50,094 bases of DNA from a virus (IMGVR_UViG_2529292998_000004:1-50094), one strand, 5' to 3'; positions 1 through 11,476 are shown, counted from the stretch's first letter. Made by a program: numbers and translations. The notes: generated by a model from the sequence alone, not told the origin.

Positions 1-285
1 TCAATAAATCCCATCATTGCGATCAACCTCATCCTTAACCATTGATGCGAGCAGTTCTTCCAGTTTCTGCGCTGATAGCTTTACCTGGTGATCTTCAGCA
101 TCTTCCCGGGCTATTGTGGTTCGCGCAGTGGCTGATTTTGCTGACATCACCACAGGGGGCAGACGGACCATTGAACCATGGCCTCCGGAACAAATAAGGG
201 CAAAAATAACAACCACTATCGAAAGCTCACAAACTAACCGCAGCACGTTCCTGCATACGACGTGTCTGCGGCATAATCCCAATGA

Positions 286-555
286 TTACTCCCTGACAGG
301 ATTTGCAGGCCACTCAATATCAGGTGCAGTTGATGTATCAACACGATTCAACAATACCCGATATTTATTCCATGCCTCCAGCAACGATCTTTCTTCCTCC
401 GTTGCGATTTCCAGATCTACAGCATCCTGCAGTGGCGCAATATACTCACTGAATTCCTGGATGTAGAACTGTGTGGTGACGGTCTTCCAGCCATTCGGCT
501 CCTGCTGTATCGAAGCATACCAGGCTATTTCAATATCGCTATGCTGCGGCAGCAT
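286..555 (-). pseudogene. Tail fiber assembly protein C-terminal fragment (duplicated 3' part of tfa)
   Basis: 89 aa ORF nearly identical to the C-terminal ~90 aa of the full Tfa at 1335..1919 (shared ...APLQDA(A/V)[40 protein letters not shown]); lacks the N-terminal half. Confidence 0.6.
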
Positions 556-611
556 TTAACCCCTTGTAATTCATCGCCATAATTGATTTAATTCACAAAT
601 AAAACTATAAC

Positions 612-1280
612 ATGGTGAAATCAATGAAAAAAAACACAGATGATGGGGCTAAAATTTACACACCACTTACCCTAAAGCTTTATGACTGGTGGGTTTTGGG
701 AGTATCAAATCGGCTTGCATGGGGATGTCCTACAAAGGAACACCTTCTTCCACACTTTCTGGAACATGTAGGTAACAACCATCTGGATATTGGTGTTGGA
801 ACTGGGTTTTACCTTACTCACGTACCTGAGAGTAGTCTGATATCTTTAATGGATTTGAACGAAGCTAGCCTGAACGCGGCATCTACAAGGGCTGGGGAAT
901 CAAAAATTAAACATAAAATTAGCCATGATGTTTTTGAACCTTATCCCGCGGCGTTACATGGTCAATTTGATTCCATTTCCATGTTTTACCTTCTTCACTG
1001 CCTGCCTGGAAATATATCTACAAAAAGCTGTGTAATACGCAATGCGGCGCAGGCCTTAACTGACGATGGAACTCTATACGGAGCCACAATTCTTGGCGAT
1101 GGAGTTGTGCACAATAGCTTCGGTCAAAAACTGATGCGCATTTACAATCAGAAAGGCATCTTTTCAAACACAAAAGATTCCGAAGAAGGCTTAACACATA
1201 TACTCTCAGAGCATTTCGAGAATGTTAAAACCAAGGTTCAAGGTACTGTAGTAATGTTTTCCGCTTCAGGGAAAAAATAG
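612..1280 (+). CDS. Class I SAM-dependent methyltransferase (cargo gene in the tail fiber locus); alternative start at 624
   Basis: 222 aa ORF with glycine-rich SAM-binding motif LDIGVGTGFYL; AT-rich relative to flanks; opposite strand to phage late genes; no DPPY/NPPY DNA-methylase motif seen. Confidence 0.6.
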   Translation: MVKSMKKNTDDGAKIYTPLTLKLYDWWVLGVSNRLAWGCPTKEHLLPHFLEHVGNNHLDIGVGTGFYLTHVPESSLISLMDLNEASLNAASTRAGESKIKHKISHDVFEPYPAALHGQFDSISMFYLLHCLPGNISTKSCVIRNAAQALTDDGTLYGATILGDGVVHNSFGQKLMRIYNQKGIFSNTKDSEEGLTHILSEHFENVKTKVQGTVVMFSASGKK

Positions 1281-1334
1281 CATCCAACCGCAGCACGTTC
1301 TTGCTTAAGACGTGCTGCGGCATAATCCCAATGA

Positions 1335-1919
1335 TTACTCCCTGACAGGGTTCGTAGGCCACTCAATATCAGGTGCAGTTGATGTATCAACACGGTTCAG
1401 CAACACCCGATACTTTTTCCAGGCTTCCAGCAATGAGGTTTCTTCCTCCGTTGCAATTTCCAGATCTGCAGCATCCTGAAGCGGCGCAATATGCTCACTG
1501 GCTACCTGCATCAGGTTGTTTTTTGTTTCTTCCGCCTCCCGGATCCGGAACAGTTTTTCTGCTTCTGCATCTTTCACCCAGGTTGTGCCGTTCCACTTCT
1601 GAAACTCCCCTTCCGGCGATAACCAGGTAACATTTTCCGGTAATAAGCCGAGTTCAGAAATAAATAACGCGTCGCCGGAAGCTACGTCATAAACCGTTTT
1701 ACCCCGATGATCTTCAACGAGATGCCACGATGCCTCATCACTGTTGAAAACAGCCACAAAGCCAGCCGGAATATCTGGCGGTGCAATATCGGTACTGTTT
1801 GCTGGCAGACCTGTATGAGGCGGAATATATGCGTCACCTTCACCAATAAATTCATTAGTTCCGGCCAGCAGATTATAAATTTTTATGGTCCGTGCTTGTT
1901 CACTCATTCTGAATGCCAT
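1335..1919 (-). CDS. tfa: Tail fiber assembly protein Tfa
   Basis: 194 aa, lambda Tfa-like C-terminus, immediately downstream of stf and overlapping its stop. Confidence 0.85.
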   Translation of the reverse strand: MAFRMSEQARTIKIYNLLAGTNEFIGEGDAYIPPHTGLPANSTDIAPPDIPAGFVAVFNSDEASWHLVEDHRGKTVYDVASGDALFISELGLLPENVTWLSPEGEFQKWNGTTWVKDAEAEKLFRIREAEETKNNLMQVASEHIAPLQDAADLEIATEEETSLLEAWKKYRVLLNRVDTSTAPDIEWPTNPVRE

Positions 1920-4894
1920 TATGCAAGCCTCACAATATAGTTAAATGCGATGTTTTTGACGGTGTTTTCCGCGTTACCAGCAGCGTTAACGGTGATGGTG
2001 TGTCCATGTGAACCAATCGCAACGGAGTGCGTATGTGCACCAATACCTACAGTATGTGCATGTGCGCCAGAACTTGCTGCAGTACCAGACAGCGAGTGGG
2101 TATGAGCACCTGCTGACTGTGTCTGAATACGTTGATAATACGATCTACGGGAAGAAGTCCCCGGGCTTACTTGATACTGTGAATCCTGGACATAAGTGAA
2201 CCCACCGCCATCATAAAATGCTAACGCAGAACCGCCGCCTCCTGGCCAACGAATACCATTACCATGAGTATGATCACCGGCAGACCCCGTAGAGCCACTC
2301 AGACTGTGCGTATGCGCCCCGGTGTTATTCGTGGATTTAGTGCCGTAATCAAACGACGATGTGGTTTTCGTCCCCAAATCCGTACTGGATGCGCTGGCGC
2401 TGTGGGTGTGCGATTTAATGCCGTCCTGTTCCTGAGACAATACGGCTCGATCACTGGCGGGCTTGCCCTTAATCGTCCAGCCACGCATATCAGGGATCAC
2501 GCCTGACGGATAAGCGGCTGCAAGTTTCGGGTATGCAGATTTGTCAAAAGTCTGCCCCTGCATCAGGGCATAGCCAGACGGAACGGTATCTGATGGCCAC
2601 GGGATTGGTGCGCCAGGCGGATAAAACTGCTCTGATGGCGTATAGAGTGAATAAACTGTACCGTCCGTTAACCCTTCCGGCTTATTAGCAGAATATGCTG
2701 GTGACGTATGAATCGTCACGCTGGCATTACTGGTATAATCCCATTGAATATTTACACCAGTCGCATAATTTCCGATTGCAACGTAAATATCGTAAGTATC
2801 ACCAGATGTATTGACCCAGGCAAAATTTGTAAACCCTGTCGATGTGCGCTGCCATAAAGCACCAGTAATCCCCTTCGGATTACCATTACCTGCACGCAAA
2901 ACAAGTTCAGATATACCTGCCTGTTGAGGTGACCCCACGTTAAATCCCGCACCACCAATCAACGTAATTGAAACAACAGAACTCGCCTGTGGCATGGTTA
3001 CCGTTGCTAATTTGAACCAACCAGCACCACCGCTGAATGACATTGTTGTTGAGTTAAGCGTACCAATATCTTTCGGCGTCAGTGTTATATCCGCTGAAAG
3101 CGCCTTACCATTCACCTTACGGGCAGAAGGTACCCGACCATTCGCATTATCATTAGCTGCTTTCACTGCTTTCGGTGTCGCGGCAAGCGTTTCAGATGCG
3201 CTGTTGGTTGCACTACTGAGCTGGACAATTCCTTTTTGTGCTGTCGTAGCGTCCTGAGCAGTATATTTCCCGTTAGCAAGGTCATAGGCTGCCTTTACCG
3301 ACTTTGGCGTTGCCGCCAGCATTTCAGATGTGCTGTTGGTCGCGTTGCTAAGCTGAACTATCCCTTTCTGTGCTGTCGTTGCATCCTGTGCGGTGTATTT
3401 CCCGTTAGCCAGCTCATACGCGGCCTTAACGGCTTTTGGCGTTGCCGCCAGTGACTCGGAAGTGCTGTTAGTCGCACTGCTGAGCTGTACTATCCCCTTT
3501 TTCGTCGTGCTCGCATCCTCAAGCGCCACGGCGGATGCAATATCCTCTGCCCGTTTTGCCGCTGTCTCAGCGCGCGTTGCCGCGGATTCCGCCGTACTTT
3601 TGCTCTGAGCTGCCGCCGTCGCACTGCCAGCTGCCTCTGTCGCCTTCGTGGATGCCGTCGTGGCGCTGCCCTTTGCTGCTGACGCCTGTCTGGTCGCCTC
3701 ATCTTTTGAAGCAGACGCAGATGATGCCGATGACGCCGCCGAACTGGCGGACGATGCGGCAGCCGTTTTTGAGGATTCTGCGCTGGTTTCCGACGCTTTC
3801 GCGTTCGTCTCGGATGTCTTCGCTGCGGAAGCAGACCTCGCTGCTGCGCTGGCCTGTACAGCGGCTTCGCCAGCCTTCGTTGTGGCTGTTGAAGCAGACG
3901 ATGCAGCACTTTCTGCCGATTTTCCGGCGGCGGTGGCACTGGCTGAGGCCTGCCCGGCACTTGTTGACGCGGCACTGGCAGATAATGCAGCCGCTGTTTT
4001 TGAGTCTGCCGCAGCTGAGGCGCTCTGTCCCGCTGCCGTTTCAGAAGACCTGGCGTTCGTCTCGGACGTTTTTGCCGCCTTCGCAGAATTTGCTGCCGCC
4101 GTTGCCGAGGAAGCTGCGCTGCTGGCGCTCGAGGCTGCGTTCGTTTCTGATGATTTTGCCGCCTCTTTTGAAGCCGACGCATCCCGTGCTGAAGTGGCTG
4201 CTTCTGACGCTTTCGTGGTCGCGGTGGATGCAGAAGTGGCTGCTGATTGTTGTGACGCTGCCGCATTCGTTTCTGACGTTTTCGCGGCACTGGCACTGGT
4301 AGCTGCCGCGCTTTTTGAGGACTCTGCAGCGGCAGCACTTTTCGATGCTTCACTGGCCTTTGTTGATGCCGCTCCTGCGCTGGAAGACGCTGACTGAGCC
4401 GACGACGCGGCCTGTCCGGCTGACGTGCTGGCTGCGCGTGCTGAGCCTGCAGCATCAGTCGCATGGGTTGCCGCCTCACGGGCTGATGTGCGGGCATCGC
4501 TGGCTGACTTCTTCGCGGCTGCCGTGTTCTGTGCCACTGCGGACGCGTTACGCGCCACCTCTTCCACCATCAGTTCAAAACGGCGCAGTGCCTCTGGCCG
4601 GACATCATCCTCCGTCATTGCACCGAGGAAATCATTCAGTGTGCCCGGCTTTGAGTCCTCATATACGGTGATAATCCCGGCGTGTGACGGCGGGAATCCC
4701 TCCACCAACAGACTGACGCTGTACTGACCATACTCGACGTCCATTGTATAACGCCCGGCTTCATCCGGATTTTCTGAGGCCACTGTGTTCACCACCACCG
4801 TGGTGCTGTTGCGCCTGGCCTTTAGCTGAATGGTGCAGTTTTGTATCGGCTTACCTGCACCATCTTTCAGTACACCTGAAATCAGTACTGCCAT
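1919..4894 (-). CDS. stf: Side tail fiber protein Stf
   Basis: 991 aa; N-terminus [38 protein letters not shown]... matches lambda Stf from memory; long Ala/Ser/Thr-rich central region; C-terminal His-rich GAHTHS-type repeats and [10 protein letters not shown] end. Confidence 0.9.
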   Translation of the reverse strand: MAVLISGVLKDGAGKPIQNCTIQLKARRNSTTVVVNTVASENPDEAGRYTMDVEYGQYSVSLLVEGFPPSHAGIITVYEDSKPGTLNDFLGAMTEDDVRPEALRRFELMVEEVARNASAVAQNTAAAKKSASDARTSAREAATHATDAAGSARAASTSAGQAASSAQSASSSAGAASTKASEASKSAAAAESSKSAAATSASAAKTSETNAAASQQSAATSASTATTKASEAATSARDASASKEAAKSSETNAASSASSAASSATAAANSAKAAKTSETNARSSETAAGQSASAAADSKTAAALSASAASTSAGQASASATAAGKSAESAASSASTATTKAGEAAVQASAAARSASAAKTSETNAKASETSAESSKTAAASSASSAASSASSASASKDEATRQASAAKGSATTASTKATEAAGSATAAAQSKSTAESAATRAETAAKRAEDIASAVALEDASTTKKGIVQLSSATNSTSESLAATPKAVKAAYELANGKYTAQDATTAQKGIVQLSNATNSTSEMLAATPKSVKAAYDLANGKYTAQDATTAQKGIVQLSSATNSASETLAATPKAVKAANDNANGRVPSARKVNGKALSADITLTPKDIGTLNSTTMSFSGGAGWFKLATVTMPQASSVVSITLIGGAGFNVGSPQQAGISELVLRAGNGNPKGITGALWQRTSTGFTNFAWVNTSGDTYDIYVAIGNYATGVNIQWDYTSNASVTIHTSPAYSANKPEGLTDGTVYSLYTPSEQFYPPGAPIPWPSDTVPSGYALMQGQTFDKSAYPKLAAAYPSGVIPDMRGWTIKGKPASDRAVLSQEQDGIKSHTHSASASSTDLGTKTTSSFDYGTKSTNNTGAHTHSLSGSTGSAGDHTHGNGIRWPGGGGSALAFYDGGGFTYVQDSQYQVSPGTSSRRSYYQRIQTQSAGAHTHSLSGTAASSGAHAHTVGIGAHTHSVAIGSHGHTITVNAAGNAENTVKNIAFNYIVRLA

Positions 4895-4903
4895 ATTCCC
4901 CCC

Positions 4904-4932
4904 ACAAAAAAGCCCGCCTGAACCGGCGGGCT
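4904..4932 (-). terminator. Rho-independent terminator downstream of lom
   Basis: GC hairpin AGCCCGCC..GGCGGGCT followed on the minus strand by a U-run. Confidence 0.5.
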
Positions 4933-4958
4933 GTCATAACACTGTGTTACCTGGCTAA

Positions 4959-5558
4959 TCAGAATTTATAGCCGACACCCACGATGAAACTGTTGGTACG
5001 CCAGTCACCACTGCCGGAGCCTTCATAAGCAATATCAATGGCCACGGATTCGGTCGGGTTAAACTGCACGCCAGCCCCCCACGCCAGAGACGTGTTGCTG
5101 TGGCGACCGTCATCACTTCCGGTCAGCACATCGTGCGTTTTCCCCTTGCTGTCAGTTACACGGAGATAATCCCCGGAAAAAGTCGACACACGACTGTAAG
5201 TCACACCCGCCATCGCATACGCGCTGAACCATTCATTCACGCGCACAGACGGCCCCGCCATCACGCTGAACCAGCGGTTACGCACGGAATCTTCATGCCA
5301 GCGGGTATCGCTGTAATGCGTTTTTTGCTCATCTTTGGCATTGGCATAACTGAATGACGTCACCAGCCCCAGCGTGTCCGTAAACTCATAACGGTATTTC
5401 ACGTTAATCCCGTTCAGATCATCGCTGCCTGGCATATCAGTATGGGTCTGAAGATACCCGGCGCTTAGTGTGGACTGATGCTCTGCTGCGCTCGCTGGCA
5501 TACCAGCGGCAACCAGCCAGACTACTGCGGACAGAATAACAGCACATAATTTACGCAT
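4959..5558 (-). CDS. lom: Outer membrane protein Lom (Ail/Lom family)
   Basis: 199 aa with signal peptide and beta-barrel-like sequence ending GVGYKF; located between J and stf as in lambda. Confidence 0.9.
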   Translation of the reverse strand: MRKLCAVILSAVVWLVAAGMPASAAEHQSTLSAGYLQTHTDMPGSDDLNGINVKYRYEFTDTLGLVTSFSYANAKDEQKTHYSDTRWHEDSVRNRWFSVMAGPSVRVNEWFSAYAMAGVTYSRVSTFSGDYLRVTDSKGKTHDVLTGSDDGRHSNTSLAWGAGVQFNPTESVAIDIAYEGSGSGDWRTNSFIVGVGYKF

Positions 5559-5581
5559 AATTACCTCTCGCTTTTCTGCAA

Positions 5582-5607
5582 TAAAAAAGGCGCCATTTCT
5601 GGCGCCC
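5582..5607 (-). terminator. Rho-independent terminator downstream of J
   Basis: Hairpin GGCGCCATTTCTGGCGCC followed on the minus strand by TTTTTTATT. Confidence 0.5.
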
Positions 5608-5625
5608 GTATCTGGGTTATAAAAT

Positions 5626-8600
5626 TCAGCTAATCGTGATGCCTGCAGTGGCTTTCTTCATCACCACAACCAGCAAATCGCTGATACTTGCTGTGGGATA
5701 CCAGTTATTTACCAGCCATGCTGACACCGAAAACTCCAGTGTCATGTGACCGTGACCGGCAGGCATATCAATAACACCACTGTAAATCAGCGTATTATCC
5801 AGCGCGGTACGGTTATAAATTTCAGCACCGTTTTTCCGCACTATCAGACGGCATGAGGAGTAAATATCAGTATGCTCTTTCTCATGTTTAGCGCCGCTGA
5901 ATGCCACCGCCGGAATAACAATCTGCCGGTCAAACGGCTGATCGTCATAAACCCTGACGGTAATGGTTCCTGATGGCCACCGCTCCGGTGCACGGGAGTC
6001 CCGGGGGAAAGCTTTGCCCACTGTTTTAACGAGATCGCCTTCAATCTGGTTCGCGGACAATTTTCCCAGAACCCGACAGTTCTCGTTAATCGTGACGTTG
6101 TTGAGCGTCCCGGAGTTCGCATTCACGTTACCGCTGATATCGGCATTTTTCGCCGTCAGCCGCCCGTCCGGTGTCAGGGAAAATGCCGGAGGATTACCGC
6201 CGCTGGTAATGGTGGGAGCCGTCAGATATTTCAGGAACACTTCATTCATAAATATCTGATCGCCCTGACCAACAAACATCGGCTTTGTGTTGCCATTCGC
6301 AGGATTAATCATCGCAATCCTGTCTGCCGCCAGCAGCACCTGACTCTGCATTCCTGCTGGCGTATTCTCAATACCGGCACCGATACCCGCAATATAAAGG
6401 CGTCCGTCCTGCATCTGCTGCAGTTTCACGGCCCACATGCTGTTCAGGTTATTATTTGTATCAACCTGAACCTTCTGTATCTGCTGGATTGCCGCACTCT
6501 GGTCTTTCAGTTTCTTATTGACAGTCTGCGTGATTTCATTGCTGACATCCGTAATGGACGTCCTGATTTCAGCCAGGTCAGGCGCAAGCTGACCGTTATC
6601 AATCTGCGTCCACAGCTCCTGAGCCAGATGGGTTTTCCCTATCTCGCCTTTGAAAAAATCCAGATAACCGGATGCATCATCACTCGGCTGACCAACAGCC
6701 TCCACGAATGCCGATTTGCCAACGGTGTTCACACTGCGAACGTAAAAATAATAATCATGGCCCGGTTTGATATTGATACTGGCGGCTATCCAGTACAGCC
6801 CCGTGCCAAGATAGCGCGCTGTGGTTTCAACCTTCCTGATATCGGTAATCCGCTTTTCCGAAAACCAGAACTCAAACTGTACCGTCGGGTCATAAACGGC
6901 AAGATGCGGCGTGGCGGTTATCTGAAAATAGCCCGGCGTCAGCTCAATCCGCGACGGCGCTGCCGGTGCGGCAATCCGGAACGATACCGACGCCGGATCG
7001 CCCTGCTGTCCCCACGCATTTACCGCCCGGACCGTCAACATGTAACGCCCCAGCGCCAGCTGCCTGAAGCGGTATGTGGTTTCCGTCGTCCGGGCCGTGC
7101 TGACCAGCCGCTCACTGCCATCGTCCGCTGTCACGGTCAGGCGAAGCAGGAAGCTCACGCCCTTCACCACCTTCGGCGTGTCCCATTTCGCCTGCGCCAG
7201 ATACTGGCCGTCAGCTGCGCTCACCTCCACCGTCAGGTGCTGCACTGCCGGTGGGATGACGCTGTTCAGGGAACCTGACTGCGGCTCAAAGCGGGCACCG
7301 TTATCCACGATGGCTTCTTTTTCCGGTACGTGCTGCACCGCCGTGATGGCAAAGGTGCCGTCCGTGTTTTCCCGGACGGAGACACAGCGGAACAGGCGAC
7401 GGCGCAGTGACGGCAGGGAGAGTCCCCACACCCCGTATGTCTCCACACCATCAGGCAGGGTACTGACCTGTATCCGGTCCGGCGCGGGGTGTTCGGTGAT
7501 GTCCACACTCACTGGCTTACCGCTGCCGTTAATCAGGTTCACCGTGGCGGCACCGGTCTCCGGAAGTGTCACTTCACGGTCCAGCGTCAGGGTGCGGGTG
7601 GCAGCATCAATGGACAGGACACGTCCGCCGGTCAGGGTCCCGGCATAGTCGTTATCACAGATTTCAATGATGTCACCGGGTGTGTGCCGCAGCCCCTGAG
7701 ACCCGAGCGTGAAATCCACCGTCTGCGTTTCCAGCAGTTCGGTCTTTATCACCCACAGTCCGGCACGGTGGGCCTGACCGCGGCTGGTACAGCCGAACGC
7801 GTCCATCTTCAGCAGGTTGCGTCCGTAGCGCAGTATGGCTTCCGGGTCTTCCACCAGTTCCGTGGAGGTCTGCCAGCCGTTCTGCGGGTCGGTGTAATTC
7901 ACCTCCACCGCCGTGTGCCGGTCCTTCAGGGCACTGAAGCTGTAGCGGAATCCCACGCCGTTATCATCCACCACCACATCGCTGTTGGTGTACGGCCACA
8001 CCACATCCGACGGGCGGTCCTGAACGAACGTCAGCGTCTGACCGTTCCATACCGGCATACAGCGCATCGCAGAGCAGAAATCACTGAGAACGTCCCACGC
8101 CTTACGCTGTTGTGCCAGGTACGCATTAAAGGTCATCCGCGGCTCGGTCCCCCCGAAACCATCCGGGACCGTCTGATCGCAGTACTGCCCGATGGCATAC
8201 AGCGCCCACTTGTCCACATCCGCCGCCCCCAGACGTTTTCCCATGCCGTAGCGCGGGTGAGTCAGCATGTCCCACAGGCACCAGGCCGGGTTGTTGCTGT
8301 ATGCCGGTTTCAGACTGCCGTCCCAGATACCACTGTACGTGCGTTTTTCCGGGTCATAGTTTGACGGCACCTGGATGATACGACCGCGGATATGGTAGTT
8401 CACCGTCATCTGCTGGCCGCCGAACTGCTCCGCATCCACCTGCAGCCCCACAATGGCCGTGTTCGGGTAGCACTGTTTCACATCGATGATTTCGGTGTAT
8501 GACGACCACAGCGTCTTATTCTGCAGCTGGTCCGTGGTGCTGTCCGCCGTCTCCCTGACCATCCGGATGTTAAAGGGCCGGGGAGGCAGATTATCCAGAA

Positions 8601-9102
8601 TCACCGAGGCCAGGAACTGTGAGGTGGTCTTGCCGTTAATGGTGACGTCCTTTTCTGTCACCCAGTTACCGTTACGCTGTAACTGAATCAGCAGGCGGAC
8701 GGTTGCCGGGTTACGGTCACCCTTTGAGGTGGTCTCCACCAGTGACTGCACCCCGAAGGTAACCCGCAGGCGGTCAATGTTCGCGGACGTAATGGTGCGC
8801 GTCACCGGTTTTGCCTTCGTCACTTCCACGCCCAGTCCGGTTTCAGCTCCGGAGGACTCAAAGCCTTCCGGTGGTGTCTGCTCCTGCTCCCCGGCACGCC
8901 AGACCGCGGTCACACCGTGTATCACGGGATTACCGTCCGTGTCCGTCAGCGGGGTTTTGTTCACCAGAATACTCTGCAGTCCCTTCACCGGACCTTCTAT
9001 CGGTCCCTCACCAATCGCATCAATCACACTCATCATCTGCGTGGATTTGAGATTATCCTTCGCCTCACGAGGCGTGTGTGCCTTACCGCCACCTTTTCCC
9101 AT
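5626..9102 (-). CDS. J: Tail tip host specificity protein J
   Basis: 1158 aa; N-terminus [22 protein letters not shown]... and overall length as lambda J. Confidence 0.95.
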   Translation of the reverse strand: MGKGGGKAHTPREAKDNLKSTQMMSVIDAIGEGPIEGPVKGLQSILVNKTPLTDTDGNPVIHGVTAVWRAGEQEQTPPEGFESSGAETGLGVEVTKAKPVTRTITSANIDRLRVTFGVQSLVETTSKGDRNPATVRLLIQLQRNGNWVTEKDVTINGKTTSQFLASVILDNLPPRPFNIRMVRETADSTTDQLQNKTLWSSYTEIIDVKQCYPNTAIVGLQVDAEQFGGQQMTVNYHIRGRIIQVPSNYDPEKRTYSGIWDGSLKPAYSNNPAWCLWDMLTHPRYGMGKRLGAADVDKWALYAIGQYCDQTVPDGFGGTEPRMTFNAYLAQQRKAWDVLSDFCSAMRCMPVWNGQTLTFVQDRPSDVVWPYTNSDVVVDDNGVGFRYSFSALKDRHTAVEVNYTDPQNGWQTSTELVEDPEAILRYGRNLLKMDAFGCTSRGQAHRAGLWVIKTELLETQTVDFTLGSQGLRHTPGDIIEICDNDYAGTLTGGRVLSIDAATRTLTLDREVTLPETGAATVNLINGSGKPVSVDITEHPAPDRIQVSTLPDGVETYGVWGLSLPSLRRRLFRCVSVRENTDGTFAITAVQHVPEKEAIVDNGARFEPQSGSLNSVIPPAVQHLTVEVSAADGQYLAQAKWDTPKVVKGVSFLLRLTVTADDGSERLVSTARTTETTYRFRQLALGRYMLTVRAVNAWGQQGDPASVSFRIAAPAAPSRIELTPGYFQITATPHLAVYDPTVQFEFWFSEKRITDIRKVETTARYLGTGLYWIAASINIKPGHDYYFYVRSVNTVGKSAFVEAVGQPSDDASGYLDFFKGEIGKTHLAQELWTQIDNGQLAPDLAEIRTSITDVSNEITQTVNKKLKDQSAAIQQIQKVQVDTNNNLNSMWAVKLQQMQDGRLYIAGIGAGIENTPAGMQSQVLLAADRIAMINPANGNTKPMFVGQGDQIFMNEVFLKYLTAPTITSGGNPPAFSLTPDGRLTAKNADISGNVNANSGTLNNVTINENCRVLGKLSANQIEGDLVKTVGKAFPRDSRAPERWPSGTITVRVYDDQPFDRQIVIPAVAFSGAKHEKEHTDIYSSCRLIVRKNGAEIYNRTALDNTLIYSGVIDMPAGHGHMTLEFSVSAWLVNNWYPTASISDLLVVVMKKATAGITIS

Positions 9103-9307
9103 ACAGCCTTCCCCTGAATAAATTAACCGCCACTTGCCATTCCGTACAGAAGTCGGATATCCTTCGCCCGAAAAGCATGAAACACATTTCTGCCATGCTA
9201 AAGAGAAACCCCGGTATCAGCAGATACCGGGGTTTTCTTTCATGCCCACCGATAATCCTGTTGGTTAAAACCGGTAATGGCATAAAAATTCTGAATATCT
9301 TCACATT

Positions 9308-9335
9308 TTCACACACTGACTGTGGCGCGTATAAT
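9308..9335 (+). promoter_or_regulatory. Putative sigma70 promoter (TTCACA-16 nt-TATAAT) inside the I-J intergenic insert
   Basis: Hexamers read directly from the sequence; no experimental support. Confidence 0.3.
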
Positions 9336-9400
9336 TTCTCTGCGTTAATTTTTTTGTCGTGATATAAGAATAATTCCTTACACTTAATCTTCGTAACTCT

Positions 9401-9438
9401 CCCGCAGTTCCTGTCCGCGATCACTGCGGGATTTTTTT
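9401..9438 (+). terminator. Rho-independent terminator on the plus strand (CCCGCAGT..ACTGCGGG + T7)
   Basis: 8 bp GC stem followed by TTTTTTT on the plus strand; not a terminator in the minus (late transcript) direction. Confidence 0.45.
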
Positions 9439-9445
9439 ATTCTTT

Positions 9446-10126
9446 TTACCCCTGCCGCCCGATAACCACGACCTTTCCGCCCCCGCCTTCATCACGGGTG
9501 CTGATGTCCTGGGATATACGGCGGGAGCCAACCAGCATTTCCCCGTAAGGCACCGGCATCGGGTTCCCCTGGGCAATCATGTTATCCAGCGAGGAAAAGT
9601 ACGTGTTCTGTCTGCCGTTATCCGTTGCGCGGTAATCCGGTGTTTTTGCCTTCGGGGCCAGCATCTGGGCCACTCCGCCCAGTATCATGCTGGCACCCAG
9701 TGAAAACAGCATCGTGGTGGCAGAAAAACCACCGGCACTCAGGGCTGTACCCCATAACGCCATCGAGCCTCCGGCCGTGAAGAAAGAGCCCACGATGGCT
9801 GCCGCCCCCAGCACAATCTGCAGTCCACCCTTTCCGGCCCCGGCCAGTCGCGGCACAATGTGGATGACCGTTCCCTCACCCAGCTGTTCGTGAAGGCGGG
9901 CGTACACCACCTCCGGTGCCGTGTCTTCACCGGCAATACGTATCTGGTACCAGCCTTCGTTCATCTGACGGCGAAAGCCCGGCATCTGCATCGACAGGGC
10001 GCGAATGGCTTCCGCTGCCGTGTTCACATACAGGCTGAGGCGGCGGCCAAATCGTTGTAAATCCCCGTGAAGGCAGATGTGTGCCAGTGGCGGTGACGCC
10101 AGACAGAATGCGTTCGTCGTTGCCAT
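9446..10126 (-). CDS. I: Tail assembly protein I
   Basis: 226 aa; lambda I-like (..ARICLHGDLQRFGRR.., C-terminal glycine-rich hydrophobic region). Confidence 0.9.
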   Translation of the reverse strand: MATTNAFCLASPPLAHICLHGDLQRFGRRLSLYVNTAAEAIRALSMQMPGFRRQMNEGWYQIRIAGEDTAPEVVYARLHEQLGEGTVIHIVPRLAGAGKGGLQIVLGAAAIVGSFFTAGGSMALWGTALSAGGFSATTMLFSLGASMILGGVAQMLAPKAKTPDYRATDNGRQNTYFSSLDNMIAQGNPMPVPYGEMLVGSRRISQDISTRDEGGGGKVVVIGRQG

Positions 10127-10767
10127 TTTTCGGAATACCTCTCCCGTTTACTCAGTTGTTCAGGAATATGGTGAAGCAGTTCACCGTTGCCGCAGTAAAT
10201 GGCGGCATGATTAGCCACCGATGCGCCGAAGCAGCACAGCAGGATATCGCCCGGCTGTGCAGAGGACAGGGGCACCCGGTAAAAGCCGGTGACTGCCATA
10301 TTGTCCAGGTACAGGTTCTGGCCGTTGCGCCACCAGTCATCCTCGCGATGAAAATCCGGCATATCAATTCCCGCCAGATGGTATGCATCCCGGAACAGCG
10401 TGTAACAGTCCGTCACCCCGTGCTCAAAGCGCCGTCCTGTCAGATGTGGCACACAGCGGAATTTATGAATTTCCCCCCGGCAGACCAACCACCAGGGCAG
10501 TGCGCTTTTTATCTGCAGCCGCCGGTCAGCCTCGCTCAGCCAGGGCAGCTCACCGGGATGACTGTGGACCAGTGCCACAATCTCCCCCTGTATCTCTGCC
10601 CGCAGCCAGTCTTCCGGTGCGATACGAAAATACGCCTCCGGCTCTGCGGAAATATTCACACAAGGGATATACCGCTCCCCCTCCGGCGTGCTTATCACGA
10701 AGCCGCACGACTCCGCAGGCGCACACCGCCGGGCATGCGCCAGAATCGCTGATTCAGTCTGTGTCAT
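10024..10767 (-). CDS. K: Tail assembly protein K (NlpC/P60-JAB-like)
   Basis: Starts MTQTESAILAHARRCAPAESCGFV.. as lambda K; the longer ORF-track start at 11028 overlaps L and is not used; overlaps I as in lambda. Confidence 0.85.
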   Translation of the reverse strand: MTQTESAILAHARRCAPAESCGFVISTPEGERYIPCVNISAEPEAYFRIAPEDWLRAEIQGEIVALVHSHPGELPWLSEADRRLQIKSALPWWLVCRGEIHKFRCVPHLTGRRFEHGVTDCYTLFRDAYHLAGIDMPDFHREDDWWRNGQNLYLDNMAVTGFYRVPLSSAQPGDILLCCFGASVANHAAIYCGNGELLHHIPEQLSKRERYSEKWQRRTHSVWRHRHWHTSAFTGIYNDLAAASACM

Positions 10768-10777
10768 AAACCGGGAT

Positions 10778-11476
10778 TTACTGCGAAAGTTTATTAATGG
10801 AAAGGAAACCGCCAAAATTGCCGACATTCCTGCGCAGTTCACACCCGCGCATGCACTTGCTGCATCTGTCCTTACGGATATCCGTGGTGGGTTTATCGAA
10901 CTCATCCGCCACAGCCCCGCCCGTGTAACCACACTCATCAGAGCGGTAGGTCCACATACAGGTGTTCGCCAGCATGATACGACCGGGAAACAGCGCCCCG
11001 TCCGTCTCGGTCGGTGTGGCCAGCACAAACGAGGCCGTCATGGCTGTCAGCTCCGACATCTGCTCCACCACCCAGCGGTCGCTCAGCTCCTGCTCCGGGT
11101 CCGCTTCCGGATTGCCCGCAACGAAATTCACCGCATCCAGAAAACGCGCATACACCCGACGGCGGACCACCGTGGCCCCCACCAGACTCTGCAGGTCTTC
11201 CGCCATCCCGGTGACCAGACCGAACAGATTGGACACCGTCAGCGACGGTCTGGCACTGCTGCCCCGGCCGTTCATCTCAAAGCCGCTGCCGTCAATCGGG
11301 TATGCCTCATACTTACGCCCCTGCCAGGTGACCGGCACCCCTTTTTCATTCAGCTCATTACAGAAAAAATACCGCTCACCACCCTGTACCGTCAGGTCGA
11401 TTTCCCAGAGTACCACCCGCGGTGACTGCTCTGACTTAACCGACTCGTTCAGACTTTCTTCTCGAATATCCTGCAT
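10778..11476 (-). CDS. L: Minor tail protein L
   Basis: 232 aa; MQDIREESLNE... and C-terminal ..NVGNFGGFLSINKLSQ as lambda L. Confidence 0.9.
   Translation of the reverse strand: MQDIREESLNESVKSEQSPRVVLWEIDLTVQGGERYFFCNELNEKGVPVTWQGRKYEAYPIDGSGFEMNGRGSSARPSLTVSNLFGLVTGMAEDLQSLVGATVVRRRVYARFLDAVNFVAGNPEADPEQELSDRWVVEQMSELTAMTASFVLATPTETDGALFPGRIMLANTCMWTYRSDECGYTGGAVADEFDKPTTDIRKDRCSKCMRGCELRRNVGNFGGFLSINKLSQ

Noticed and set aside
1-282. 93 aa minus-strand ORF at the window start, downstream of the truncated tfa fragment
   Set aside because: The N-terminal half runs through the repeat hairpin and has implausible composition. Only the last ~48 codons (from an internal Met at 147) could be real, but there is no convincing RBS and no recognisable motif.
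2264-4727. Many overlapping ORFs on both strands inside stf (for example 3490..4497 minus, 3535..4302 plus, 3648..4397 plus)
   Set aside because: They are alternative-frame translations of the Ala/Ser-rich, GC-biased repeat region of stf, with extreme Arg/Pro/Gln or Ala composition; stf itself is the only frame with homology.
5844-9121. Plus-strand and alternative-frame ORFs inside J (for example 6628..7278, 7489..8364)
   Set aside because: They are embedded in the well-supported J coding sequence and have Arg-rich, low-complexity composition typical of antisense GC-rich frames.
10024-11028. 334 aa version of the K ORF starting at 11028
   Set aside because: The first 87 codons overlap L in another frame and have no homology. 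The lambda-like K start MTQTESA at 10767 is used instead.
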